DNA of 64,000 nucleotides from Octopus vulgaris. Its lineage: Eukaryota. The notes below the pieces were generated by a model. It did not search any database. It worked only from the letters and a program-made list of their open reading frames with translations, and was not told the origin of the DNA. How positions within the stretch are numbered: the stretch's first letter is position 1; each line of letters opens with the position of its first letter. The stretch spans positions 30,690,001-30,754,000 of the forward strand of contig OX597834.1 of assembly GCA_951406725.2 (NCBI GenBank). Reading direction: 5' to 3'. Positions 11,948-25,410 of this stretch are shown piece by piece. The translations under genes and the position numbers were made by a program.

Positions 11948-13838
11948 AACCATAAAGTGAAGAGGTGCAAATGAAAGTTAATAGATTTATTTTTCCATAT
12001 GGTTGTCACATGGAGTCATATGGGAAAGTATTTCTATAACTCACCTCACACTTCCTAACTTTATGCTACATTCACTTCTCACAGGAAACTTAAATGCTGC
12101 ATTATGCTACATGTGAATGTACACAGCCTACTGGTTAGGGTGTTGCATTTATGGTCACCAGATCATGGTTCAATTACCAGACGTGAAGTGTTGTGCTCTT
12201 GAGCAAGACACTTCATTTTCTGTTGCACTTTGGCTGTGTAAGGATTGGTATGACAAAGAATAGCTGCAGCACTTACTATGTGGGTCATGTAAAGAAACTG
12301 AAAGAGGTTGATGTAGGATTTGCACACTGCAAAACCCTCACCAGTAATGACCACCCAAACAGACTCACAGACTGTTGAGTTGTCACCTCAGTGGTGGAAA
12401 GGTGTCATTTGCCAGGAGTAGTAAGGAATCACCAACAAATGGTGGTGCCATGACATGCGGTTACAGTGCAAGAACCCATACTATTACACTACATGGTAAT
12501 TGATGATGATGATGATGATGATGATGACAGACTGATAACCAGTTCCAAATGAGGAGCTTACTGTGAAAACCATAGGATTTTCTGAATTCATATATTCTAA
12601 CACTCTTTTACACACACACACACGCACATCACTGCATGGTTAAGAAGCTTGCTTCCCCACATGGTTTTGGGTTCAATCCCACTGTATGGCACCTTGGGCA
12701 TCAGACCAACCAAAGCCTTGCAAGTGGATTTGGTAGACAGAAACTGCCACATGTGCAAGTATGTGTGTGTCTGTTTCCACCACCACCATTGCTTGAGAAC
12801 CGGTGTTGGTGTACTTACATACCCTGTAACTTAGCAGTTTGGCAAAAGAGACCGACAGAATAAGCAGCAGGCTTAATGAAAGAAAGAAGGTATCTGGAGA
12901 GGAGGGTCAATTTGTTTGACTAAAATTCTTCAAGGCAGTGCCCCAGCATGGCCACAGTCAAATGACTGAAACAAGTAAAAGATAAAATAAATATAAAAAA
13001 AACCTCTTCACATTCTTATGTTACAAAAAAAAAAGTCTTATCTCTAAACGTTTATTTAAAACTAAAATACATTTCAGTGACACTCCAGTATAAAAGGGAT
13101 TTGTAAAAGAACTGTTAAAGACTCCTCGCAGCTGGGCTCCATCACTGGTGTAGTGGTGGTGGTGGTGGCGGTGGTTGTCATGGTGTTGGTGGTTCTGCTG
13201 GTGGTAGAAGTAGTAGTAGTTGTTGTGGTGTTGGTGGTGGTAGTAGTTTTATTTTGATACTCAGTAAATCCAACCAGCTCACCCTATTCCACACACCCAC
13301 CATCCCAAACCAGTTAATTATCAGGTAACCAATGACCCCTAAATAAAAATGTCAAAGGAAAGCTGATAGCACTTTCAGCCTCAATCTGTCTGTCTGTCTG
13401 TCTATCTCTCTGTTTGTGTGCCAGTTTATGTCTGTCTGTCTGTCTGTCTGTCTATCCCAGAAAGCAGTACTGCTATCACCACTACCACCACCACCACCAC
13501 CATCACCACCACCGCCACTACATCAGTGTCTGTTAAGTACAGCATTTAACAGAAGACTTAAACTATATAAAGTGCAGCTAAAATATGGCAGGCACTTATA
13601 TTCAATTTGTCAGGTCCTATCAGCTAATGAGATATGGCATAATTTAATAGAGGTGAGATAAGGGAAGAGATGAAGGGGAGCAAGAGAGGGGGGTGAATGA
13701 GTGAGAGGGGAAAAGAGTTGTGAGTTAAGAGTTAGAGAAAAGGTAAGGCTGAAAGGGAGAGAAAGGGGGAGAGTGGAATACGTAGCAAGAAAAGGAGAGG
13801 AGAGAAGTTAAAGGAGAGAGAAGATGGAAAGAAAAAGT

Positions 13839-13889
<51 letters not shown>

Positions 13890-14011
13890 AAGAGTGAAGA
13901 GAGGGATATGGGATTGGTAGGAAAGGGAGGAGGATAGGAGTGATGAGAGAAAAACAGAGAGAGAGATGGGCATACAACAGTGATGAGACAAAGTGAGAAA
14001 GATAAAGAGAT

Positions 14012-14410
14012 AGGCACAGGAGTGGCTGTGTGGTAAGTAGCTTGCTTACCAACCACATGGTTCCGGGTTCAGTCCCACTGCCTGGCATCTTGGGCAAATG
14101 TCTTCTGCTATAGCCTCGGGCCGACCAATGCCTTGTGAGTGGATTTGGTAGACGGAAACTGAAAGAAGCCTGTCGTATATATATGTATGTGTGTGTCTGT
14201 GTTTGTCCCCCTAGCATTGCTTGACAACCGATGCTGGTGTGTTTACGTCCCCGTTACTTAGCGGTTCGGCAAAAGAGACCGATAGAATAAGTACTGGGCT
14301 TACAAAGAATAAGTCCCGGGGGTCGATTTGCTCGACTAAAGGCGGTGCTCCAGCATGGCCGCAGTCAAATGACTGAAACAAGTAAAAAAGTAAAAGAGAG
14401 AGTAAAGAGA
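14012..14410 (+). mobile_element. SINE family A
   Basis: Full-length copy, high identity to the 2823 copy. Confidence 0.85.
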
Positions 14411-14419
14411 TAAGAGTAA

Positions 14420-14636
14420 GCGGCGAGCTGGCAGAAACGTTAGCACGCTGGGCGAAACGCTTAGCGGTATTGCGTCTGTCGTTGCGTTCTGAGTTCAAAT
14501 TCCGCCGAGGTCGACTTTGCCTTTCATCCTTTCGGGGTCGATAAATTAAGTACCAGTTACGCACTGGGGTCGATGTAATCGACTTAATCCGTTTGTTTGT
14601 CCCCTCTATGTTTAGCCCCTTGTGGGCAATAAAGAA
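14420..14636 (+). mobile_element. SINE family B
   Basis: Full-length copy directly after the family A tail. Confidence 0.8.
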
Positions 14637-15106
14637 ACAGATAAGAGTAATGAGAGAAAGAAGGAATAACAGAAAGGAAAGAAAGAGAGAGAGAGAATGA
14701 GAAGTGCAATGGCAGGGGATGGCAATGGAGGTTAACTCCAAGAAAACTCCAAGAACACTTTCACTTTCCTTGATGCACTCCACTCCACTCCACTCCATTC
14801 CATTCCGTTATCTATTTGGAGATTTCTCTCTTGAAATTTACAAAACTGAACCAGAAACTATCCAACCAAATGACAGAAAAACAGGAAACTATTCATAATA
14901 TTTCACTTCCTGTGTAATGACATAATTACATAATTACATGCCTAACGAAGAGTTAACAACAGAGAATCTACATGGTTGGTCAATTGCTCAACTTGCTAGG
15001 AAATAGCCTCGTTTATCTTTTTTATTTGTTTCAGTCATTGGACTGCGGCCATGCTGGGGCATTGTCTCAAAAGGTTTTTCAGCTGGACCAGCCAATCCCA
15101 ACTCAC

Positions 15107-15322
15107 TCTTTACTCTTTTATTCTTTTACTTGTTTCAGTCATTTGACTGCGGCCATGCTGGAGCACCGCCTTTTAGTTGAGCAAATCGACCCCAGGACTT
15201 ATTCTTTGTAAGCCTAGTACTTATTCTATCGGTCTCTTTTGCTGAACCGCTAAGTGACGGGGACGTAAACACACCAGCATCGGTTGTCAAGCGATGTTGG
15301 GGGGACAAACACAGACACACAA

Positions 15323-15373
<51 letters not shown>

Positions 15374-15537
15374 TATATACGACGGGCTTCTTTCAGTTTC
15401 CGTCTACCAAATCCCCTCACAAGGCATTGGTTGGCTCGAGGCTATAGTAGAAGACACTTGCCCAAGGTGCCACACAGTGGGACTGAACCCGGAACCATGT
15501 GGTTCGTAAGCAAGCTACTTACCACACAGCCACTCCT
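15107..15537 (-). mobile_element. SINE family A
   Basis: Reverse-complement copy of family A. Confidence 0.85.
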
Positions 15538-15676
15538 ACCCCAACATGCATTTTTCTATTTAAAGTCTGGTACTTATTCGATCAGTCTCTTTGGCCAAAC
15601 TGCAAAGTTATGGGAACATAAACGAATGAACAGTGGTTGTCAAGCAGTGTGGAACAATGAGCAAACACAAGAACAT

Positions 15677-15715
<39 letters not shown>

Positions 15716-16716
15716 AGAGTTACAAAATTGTAGGAGAGACAGGTCAGATATCTCTTAATAGAAATTCTCCAGACAGAGAATTAAACTATATTTCTACCTC
15801 CTATTAGCAAACGAAACATGTGTAATGGTGTATAAATAATATCAGAGTTTTTGACACATTATCATTGTGCAAAAAAAATTTCCCCGATTTTCAACTCTTA
15901 TTAATACTTCACACAAATATAACATCTAGATATGGACAGGAAGTGATTTCTATTTCACTTCCTCTAAAAGGACAATTACATAACTACACCGTTAATGAGG
16001 GTGAGGTGACATTACAAGAACAGTTTACAATTTGTGTCAGGGTTTACATAAAAGATGAGGGGAAAGAAAGGGATAAGATGTTTTTTTTTTTTTTGAGATG
16101 TCCATGGTATACAAAGTATGAAGACACATGAATGATAGGGTCCCCCTGACACAGGAGAACCTCCAGCCGGAGCCAATCAGTGGACCTCACACATCCATGG
16201 CCAACAAAATCACAATCCCTTGCTCAGTAGCTATTCTCCAGTCTACAAACACATGCTGACTATCCATTTTTGCCCTACTCACCCACCTTCCGAGAGACGG
16301 CATTTCCCTATTCACCCTCACTTTCCTTCCTGAGTGAAATAATAATAATAATAAAAATAATAATAGACCTTTCTACTATAGGAACAAGGACTGGAATTTG
16401 TGGGGAGGGGGCCAGTCAATTACATCAAGTCAGTGCTCAAATGGTATTTATTTTAAAAAAGATGAAAGGCAAAGTCAAACTGGGGGAATTTGAACTCAGA
16501 ATGTAAAGCCGGAAGAAATTCCATTTGTATGGGTGGGTACCTTTCCTGTTACCAACCCTCGTTTGTCTGCTTCCAAGAAAGGTAATATTTCCCCAAGACC
16601 AGACATGTTGTTCAGGGAAGACCGGAAACAAACAACATTCTAATATGGTGACACTAATTTACAACCATTACATGATGTCAGGTCAAAAGGTCATACAAAT
16701 ATCATTTACCTCTCTC

Positions 16717-16764
<48 letters not shown>

Positions 16765-17587
16765 GGGCATGTGACCTAGTGGTTAAGGTGTTGTACTTAT
16801 GATTGTGAGATTGTGGTTTCAATTCCTGCACCAGGCGGTGCATTGTGTTCATGAGCAAAACACTTCATTTCACATTGCTCTGTCATCACTTTGACACCTG
16901 GCACGTGGCACACTGGGCACCTGTTCAGGTAACACTGATTTAATGGAGGGAATGAGCTAATTGTGCAGCACATACACTGGATCATCATAAACAAATCCTT
17001 TGTGCAGATTGTTCTGCAAAAAATTGCAGAACTGTCTTTCTTGGACTACAAACTGTAAGAGCACACTGCACCTTTGATGCAGGTCGGAATAATTGCCACT
17101 CTAATGTTTAAAACCACAAGTATTACATAAATTCTCTCTTGGAACTTTTGTGTGAAGTGACATTGAAAGCAGAGTCAACATGGAAACAATTGTCAATTAA
17201 TTGTTAAAGACACATTAAAAGAATTCTTTGTCTTTTCATTTAGATTACGTTTTGCTCTTTGCTAAACTCACAAAATGGTTTTACTGTGGGGAAGCCTGGA
17301 TTTCCTACACCCAAAGAATTTCGATATTAGACTGGAATCCTACAGTGTAGATAGCCTAAAGGCTTGGGTAGATTGCTGCAGTGTAAATATCTTCATCTTT
17401 CTACCCTCGCAGAACCTTACACACACAATTAGCTTTTTTCAGTATCTGTCAAGTAAATCCACTCACAAGGCACCATTTGACTCAGGGCTATATTAGAAGA
17501 CACTTGCCCAAGGTGCTGTGCAATGGAACTGAACCCAAAGCCACATGGTTACAAAGTGAGCTTCTTAATCACACAACTATACCAGTG

Positions 17588-17631
<44 letters not shown>

Positions 17632-17749
17632 CATACAAATATCTATACACATAGACAGACAGACAGACGGATAGACGGATAGATAGATGAATTGATGGAT
17701 GAGTAGATGGATGGATGGGTAGATAGATGGATATTATATATATGGTAAA

Positions 17750-17951
17750 TACAATGGGGAGCTGTAAAGTTCCTGGCTTTGGGTAAAAGAAGTTAATTAT
17801 GATCTTATTCAACATATTCCCCTCTTAGATTCACACACTTATTGCAGTGGTACTTCAGTTTTTCTACGCCCTACAAAAGGACTTGGAAGGTTGTACCTCC
17901 AACCAGGCCTTTCACAAATTCCTTAAAACCAGGAACTTTCCAGTACCCCCT

Positions 17952-17955
<4 letters not shown>
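17750..17955. mobile_element. Mariner-derived MITE
   Basis: Imperfect TIRs of about 30 bp: tacaatggggagctgtaaagttcctggcttt / aaaccaggaactttccagtacccccttgtg. Confidence 0.6.
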
Positions 17956-17983
<28 letters not shown>

Positions 17984-18608
17984 CATACACACACACAGTT
18001 GGGAAGCAACCTCAACCATGCCGGTGCCAGTGTGACAATTGTACAGTTAAAGACAATACGGAGTACCATTACAATACAGAGTACCATTACAGTTAACGAG
18101 GTTATATTTGTGACAGGGAGACACAGTGTGACATAACTCTACAAAGAATAACAATTGGCACATCATTTCGCCTTGGCCCAGATTTGCAAATGGGAATCAA
18201 TTTTACAAGTGGCCTCATGTATTCACCCAACACACACATACACACACATATAAGGCAATGCTACCACAATCATACATATAGGAACAACTACTCCACACAC
18301 ATACACTTGAAGGGGTTCTTATTAACCACAATCATTAGACCTTTCTTCCTTTCTTTCTTTCATTGTTTTCCTTTGAAATCCTCTAATTCGTTGGATTTGT
18401 CTTCCTCTAATGTTTCCTGTGTTCCGTCAATGTGGGTCATTATGTGTGGGTGTGTCTGTATGTAAGTGTGGGTATATGTGTTGTTATATATGTGTGTGGG
18501 GGTCTACATATTTATCTGTGTGTGTGTGTATATGCATATACTTCAGTGTTGTGATTATGTGTTGTTTTACATGTGTGTACATGAATAGGTGTCAGTACAT
18601 GTAATGCC

Positions 18609-18641
<33 letters not shown>

Positions 18642-18869
18642 TATGCATACATACTCAGCTGTGTGTGCATACAAATATGCTTGATGTCAGTGTATGTATA
18701 TGTGTGCATGTGTATGTGTAGTCGTGTGCATACACATACATAACTTCTTTGCTTTTGTGTGGATGTGTACATGCTTGTGTAAATAAGTGCAGTCATATAT
18801 GTGCACGCACACACACATACAAAACTGAAATTAGTTGTAAAAAAATAGTTTAAATAATGAGACAGACAA

Positions 18870-19610
18870 GAGGGATGGGGGAGAGAGAGGGGAGAGAGTG
18901 AGAGGGAGGAGAGAGGTGAAAGAGAGAGGGGAGAGAGTGCGAGAGAGAGAGGAGAGAATGAGAGAGAGAAAGAGTGAGGAGAGAGTGAAAGAGGAGTGAG
19001 GGAGAGAAAGAGTGAGGAGAGAAGAAAAAGAGGAGTGAGAGAGAGGAGAGAGTGAGAGAGAGAGAGAGCAGAGTGAGATAGGAGAGTGTATGAGAGAGGA
19101 GAGTGTGAGAGAGAGGAGAGTGTGAGAGAGAGGAGAGGAGAGTGTGAGAGAGGAGAGTGTGTGAGAGAGGAGAGTGTGAGAGAGAGGAGAGAGAGTGAGA
19201 GAATGAGAGAGAGAGTGAGAGAATGAGAGAGAGAGTGAGAGAGAGATGTGAGCAAGGAAGCAAGGAGGTGGGAGGTGCCAGAATATGAGTTGCAGTGTGA
19301 GTGAGCAGAAAGATAAGAGACATGACAAAGGAGTGAAGAGTGGGGTGGGGCAGGGAGAAGGGAATAGATGTGGAGGGGAAGATGGAGGTGGTGACAGTGG
19401 TGATGATGATGATACAGTGGTGGTGGAGGTGCACTGGTGGCCAAGGTGGTGGTGGTGGTAGTGGTGGTGCTGGAGCTACAGGTGATGGTGGTTGTAGCAA
19501 TGGTAGTGATGGTGGCCATGGTGATAATAGGGGGGGGGATGTCGTAGAGGTGATGATGGTAGCAGTGGTGATGGTGGTGGTTGTGGCAATGGTATTAGTG
19601 TAGAAGAAAC
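18870..19610. repeat. GA-rich then GGT-rich low-complexity tract
   Basis: Degenerate gagagaggagagt and ggtggt repeats. Confidence 0.85.
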
Positions 19611-20891
19611 ATCCGAGCAATAGCCACGAATACTACTTAGAGAAATACCATCATCATCATAACACCATCTCCACCACTGTCAATACTACCACCACCACCT
19701 CCATTACTACCATCATCATCACTACTATCATCATCTTCCTCATCAGCCTCCTTCTCGTGATATAACGAACTCCTCTCCTTAACTGACATCACTCAGAAAG
19801 TGGATGACCTTTTTTGGTGTCCTAGTGACCTTATAACCTAATAGCTGTAATGGGAGAGGGAGGGAGGGAGCTAGAGAGAGAGAATAGAGGAGGGATGGAG
19901 GATCAGTGAAAGAGAATGGGTGAGAGAGGAGGAGGAGGAAGAGAGATGAGCAAAAGCGGAGAGGATGGGAGGGCAAGAGAGATGAGTGAGTGAGAAGGAA
20001 TGGGTGAAAGAGAGAGAGTAAAAGATGGGAGAGTGAGGGAGAAAGGAAGAACACCCTATTTTTGTTTTAATTAATTTTGAAAATAACAAATTTAGTAAAA
20101 AAACTGCCGTTATCAATTTGGCTTTTTGGAACATAAATCAACATGGAATTTTGATAGAAAGTGTCAGATTAGATCACTTTTAAATTGGAAGTTTATCTTT
20201 AACAAAACCAGGGCTTGTCTCAAAAGGGATAAAGAAAAACCTAAAGAAAAAGGTCAAATAAAATTATCATTATCTTTCAATGTCCATCTTACATATTGCC
20301 ATGGATCTGAGAATTTGACAGGATCCGACTGTGATCCGATATCTACTTTGGCATGGATTATATGGCTGGATGCCTTTCTTAATACCAACCATTTTACAGA
20401 ATGTACAGGGTGCTTTTTTTTTTTTTAACATAGCACCAGCACTAGTGAGGTTGTCTTGCCCTCAGCAAGACTAGACCATCTTCCCAGCCCTATACTGTTT
20501 GTACTCAATTCAACACCCATTTCACAGATTCTACTGGGTGCTTTTTTCATGGTACCAACACTAGTAAGGCCGTCTGGCTCTCTGCAAGACTAGTCACTCC
20601 ACTTAACCCTACATTGCTTCTATTTCATTCACGAAAACCATTTTCCAGAGGATACCTGGTGCTAATTTTGTGGTTCCAGTGAGATTTCCATGCAACTCAC
20701 AAGCCTAAGGTAATTTACAATTAAATGAGGTTACAGCAGGCAGAGAGGAAGTTTTATGCGAAGATAATGAGAGTTAATGTAGGAAAGAAGGGACCAGAAC
20801 AAATGCTTTATTAGAAAGGGCTACATTTAAGTAAAGACAATTTTCTTTTTTGATTTTAAAGTAAAAAATTTAAAAAATAAAGAATTCTTTA

Positions 20892-21057
20892 AGGCACCGG
20901 AGTGGCTGTGTGGTAAGTAGCTTGCTAACAAACCACATGGTTCCGGGTTCAGTCCCACTGCGTGGCATCTTGGGCAAGTGTCTTCTGCTATAGCCCCGGG
21001 CCGACCAATGCTTTGTGAGTGGATTTGGTAGACGGAAACTAAAAGAAGCCTTTCGTA

Positions 21058-21103
<46 letters not shown>

Positions 21104-21325
21104 CGTGTATGTTTGTGTGTCTGTGTTTGTCCCCCAAGCATTGCTTGACAACCGATGCTGGTGTGTTTACGTCCCCGTCACTTAGCAGTTCGGCAAAAGA
21201 GACCGAGAGAATAAGTACTGGGCTTACAAAGAATAAGTCCCGGGGGTCGAGTTGCTCGACTAAAGGCGGTGCTCCAGCATGGCCGCAGTCAAATGACTGA
21301 AACAAGTAAAAGTAAAAAAGAGTAA
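20892..21325 (+). mobile_element. SINE family A abutting a CNK exon donor
   Basis: Full copy; tail ends about 25 nt from the donor at 21349. Confidence 0.85.
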
Positions 21326-21349
21326 AATAATTCAAAGGATCAGACTTAC

Positions 21350-21615
21350 GTTTGACCACAAAAGTTCCACCCTCGGTATCTCTTCGTTCCTCTTTTGTCT
21401 CAGAGTCCTTCAATTCTTCACTGGTGTCATCATCAGGAGATACGACGGGTGATGACTCCTTCTGGTCTAGATCTTCGATCACTAGTGGTGGTCGTGTATG
21501 GGTTGGTGACCCACCACTCACTGTCGCCCTTCTTTGCTTTGACTCAACTTCCACCTTGTACTGTGGAGACTCAGAACCACTGCGGAACACCTCATTGTCC
21601 GTCTCATTGCCGTCC
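21350..21615 (-). CDS. CNKSR2: Probable CNK/CNKSR linker exon, DGNETDNEVFRSGSESPQY...RRATVSGGSPTHTRPPLVIED...GGTFVVK
   Basis: Acceptor attttcgcag, donor gtaagt; 266 nt. Entry phase matches the previous exon (AA|G = Lys). Open, non-repetitive and coding-like; exits in phase 1. Confidence 0.8.
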
Positions 21616-22095
21616 CTGCGAAAATATAGTGGAAGAAATGAGATCAATGGAAAGGGATTCAAGGTGGTGGAGATGATGGAGGTGATGAGAGTGGGAACCT
21701 GGCAGAATCATTAAAACCTCAAAAAAATGCTTTGCAGGATCTTTTCTATCTAGGTTTCGAGTTCAAATTCCACTGGGGTCAACTTTGCGTTTCATTCTTT
21801 TGGGGTCAACAAAAAAAAAAGTTCCAATCAAAATTAAGGGTTTGTAAAACTCAAAGAACATAAGACCAGATGTTTTGTCTTAGTTTCAATTCCTTGCAAT
21901 CTGAGTTCAAATCCCACTGAGGTCAACTTTGCTTTTCATCCCTCAAGGGTCAATAAAAATAAAACACAAGTACAGGGGTTTATGATAACGACTAATTGCT
22001 CTCCTTCAAAATTGTAAGGGGGACATGTCCCAAATTAGAAATAAAAGGCACCACACTCCCACAATTGTTTGGCTATTGGACAACATACCATACAG

Positions 22096-23617
22096 CAAGC
22101 ATATCAAACACATGGCCCACAGGCCGCATAAAACCCCTTTGAAAGACAAGTGTGACCTGCAAGAGGTTTAAAAATGAACCCCAAAATTTTTAATGATAAT
22201 AATAATAATAATAATAATAATAATGCTTTAATTAATTAAGGCAGTGAGTTAGCAGAATGGTTAGCACACCAAACAAAATGCTTAGCAACATTTTGTCCAA
22301 CTTTACATTCTGAGTTCAAATTCCACTGAAGTCAACTTCGCCTTTCATCCTTTTGGGGTTGATAAAATAAGTACCAGTTGAACACTGGAGTCAATGTAAT
22401 CGACTCATCCCCTCCCAACAAAAATTGCTGCCCGTGTGGCAAAAATTATTATTATTATTATTATTAAGGCGACAAACTGGCAGAATCATTGGCACGCTGG
22501 ACAAAATGCTTAGTGGCATTTCGTCCGTCTTTATGTTCTGAGTTCAAATTCCACCGAGGTTGACTTTGCCTTTCATCCTTTCAGGGTCAATAAAATAAGT
22601 ACCAGTCACACACTGAGGGTCGATGTAACTGATTTATCCCTTCTCCCAAAAATTGCTGGCCTTGTGCCAAAATTTGAAAACAATAATAATCTAATTAATA
22701 AAGACAGGTACATGACACTGCTGTCCCCCATCCCACATTCTCACGGGCCCACACCCTCAGAGTTGGCACACACAACGTCGGCATACTGAAAGGTAGGTCT
22801 GATGAGATTGTTGAGATGCTTGAACGGAAATGTGTCGATTTGTGCTGCATCCAAGAAGTAAGGTGGAGAGGAGGTTCCGCTAGGTTCCTCACAGGCAAAG
22901 AACACAGGTACAAGATTTTCTGGGCAGGGAACACTGATGGGGTCGGGGGCATGGGTATACTTCTTGTGGAGAAATGGGTTAATAAAGTAATCAAGGTAGT
23001 CTGAGTATGTGACAGAATACTTAAGATTAGATTAGTGCTTCATCATGGGTTAGCAACCATTATCTCAGCCTATGCCCCTCAACCGGGGCTTCCCAGGCAT
23101 AGAATGTACCCCTCAACATAGACTAGTTGTTAGCAACTTCAGGATCATGGCTAAATGGATGCCCAGAAGACGACTAGCATGGAGGAGAAGGGCCTGGAAG
23201 CTTAAAGATCCTGCAAATGGACAGAGATTTAGAGACATATTACTCAAAGCCTTTGATGAAATAGAAGGGGATATCGCCTGACTGGCTCTTGTGCTGGTGG
23301 CACGTAGAAGCACCAACTATATTCTCAGAGTGGTTGGCGGTAGGAAGGGCATCCAGCTGTAGAAACTCTGCCAGATCAGATTGGAGCTTGGTGCAGCCAT
23401 CTGGCTCACCAGTCCTCAGTATAACCATCCAACTCATGCCAACATGGAAAGCAGACGTTAAACGAGGATGATGATGATGATAAATAAAAGGTTTTGAAAG
23501 ATTTTATTACTTAAGGATAATGAATTGATGGATAAAAGTTAAAATTATGCAGTCCCCATGACAATGTGTATATGAGTAATGCAGGCCCCATACAAACTCA
23601 GCAGTTTGCCATGCCTG
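22096..23617. mobile_element. hAT-type MITE expanded by nested insertions
   Basis: 8-bp TSD ccatacag at 22088-22095 and 23618-23625; TIRs caagcatatcaaac / gtttgccatgcctg. Confidence 0.75.
22750..23278 (+). mobile_element. RTE-clade LINE fragment (AP endonuclease), internally deleted
   Basis: RVGTHNVGILKGRSDEIVEMLERKCVDLCCIQEVRWRG...GMGILL...IISAYAPQ joined to QHRLVVSNF...WKLKDP. Confidence 0.85.
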
Positions 23618-24052
23618 CCATACAGTAGGGCTCCCTACTGAAATGCCACCAAGGTCAACTTTGCTTTCATCCTTTCAGAGTTGATCAAATAAAGTAGCAG
23701 TCATCTACTGGGGCTCGATGATATCAACTAATTGCCACTGCCCTCAAAATTGTTGGTCTTCTGCTTAAATGAGAAACAACAAAGGTAGTGAGCAGGTAAA
23801 ATCGTTAGCACATGTGAGAAAATGCTTTACAATATTTCTTCAGACTCTTTTACATTTTGAGTTCAAATCCTGCCAAGCTGAACATTGCTTCTCCTCCTTT
23901 TGGGGTCAATAAGATAAGCACTAATCAAGTATTGGGGTCAATGCAATCAACATACCCTAACCCTCCCCTCAAACTTACTGCTAAAATCAGGAAGAATTAT
24001 CATAATTATTACATTTCATTTTCCTATTATTATTATCACACACCTCCTCCCC

Positions 24053-24088
<36 letters not shown>

Positions 24089-24129
24089 TTTCATTGCATT
24101 TTCATATATTATCACATTTATTTTTTTAT

Positions 24130-24469
24130 TGATATTTTATATTTTTCAATTATTATACTTTATCATGTTACTACTACTACTAATATTCATTATTGTTATT
24201 GGACTTATTATTATTATTGTTGTTGTTATTGGTGTTATTATTATTATTGGTGTTATTATTATTATTATTATTGTTGTTATTATTTATTATCATTATTATT
24301 TATTATCATTATTGCTGTTATTATTTATTATTATTATTATTGTTGTTATTATTTATTATCATTATTATTTATTATCATTATTGCTGTTATTATTTATTAT
24401 TATTATTATTGCTTTTATTATTATTATTATTATTATTATTGCTTTTATTATTATTATTATTATTATTGC

Positions 24470-24500
<31 letters not shown>

Positions 24501-24700
24501 GCTGTTATTATTATTATTATTGTTATTATTATTATTGCTTTTATCATTATTATTATTATTATTATTGCTGTTATTATTTATTATTATTATTATTATTATT
24601 GCTTTTATTATTATTATTATTATTATTATTGCTTTTATTATTATTATTATTATTATTGCTGTTATTATTTATTATTATTATATTATTATTATTATCATCG
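24130..24700. repeat. (TTA)n microsatellite with ttgct interruptions
   Basis: Seen directly. Confidence 0.95.
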
Positions 24701-25032
24701 TTATTAATGCACTGCTCATTTTACATGTAATTTCCTTGAACTTATCTCACCATTTAATCTGGACCTACTCTAATGGAACTGCACATTTCACAAGGTTCTT
24801 CTCTATAGATGCCAGCTGGATTTCACATTTACCATCTGTCTCACTCTCTCTCTCTCTCCTCTTCCCCCCACCTCTATCTACATATCTATCTATCTATTAC
24901 CACCTCACTAACACACTTTGCTCCATCACTACCATCTCGGCTGTCAACCTCCTTCCCACTCACTCTCTTTTCTCGCACCACTTCCACATTCAAGAACAGC
25001 TCGCTTCCTATCACCATCTCACACACTACATT

Positions 25033-25365
25033 GTGTGTGTGTGTGTGCCTGTGTGTGTGTGTGTACATGTGTGTGTGTGTGTGTGTGCCTGCGTACATGT
25101 GTGTGTGTGTGTGCTTGCGTACATGTGGGTGTGTGTGCCTGCGTACATGTGTGTGTGTGTGTGCCTGCGTACATGTGTGTGTGTGTGTCTGTGTGCCTGT
25201 GTACATGTGTGTGACTGCGTACATGTGTGTGTGTGTGTGTGTGCCTGCGTACATGTGCCTGCATACATGTGTGTGTGCCTGTGTACATGTGTGTGTGTGT
25301 GCCTGCGTACATGTATGTGTGTGTGTGTGTGCCTGCGTACATGTGTGTGTGTGTGCCTGTGTACA

Positions 25366-25396
<31 letters not shown>

Positions 25397-25410
25397 GTGT
25401 GTGTGTTGTG
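25033..25410. repeat. Compound (TG)n-cctgcgtaca minisatellite
   Basis: About 14 gcctgcgtacat-like spacers within (TG)n. Confidence 0.9.

Noticed and set aside
19779-19850. Possible next CNK exon (YKVTRTPKKVIHFLSDVS)
   Set aside because: Weak splice signals, early stop and no PH-domain similarity; not supportable without transcripts.
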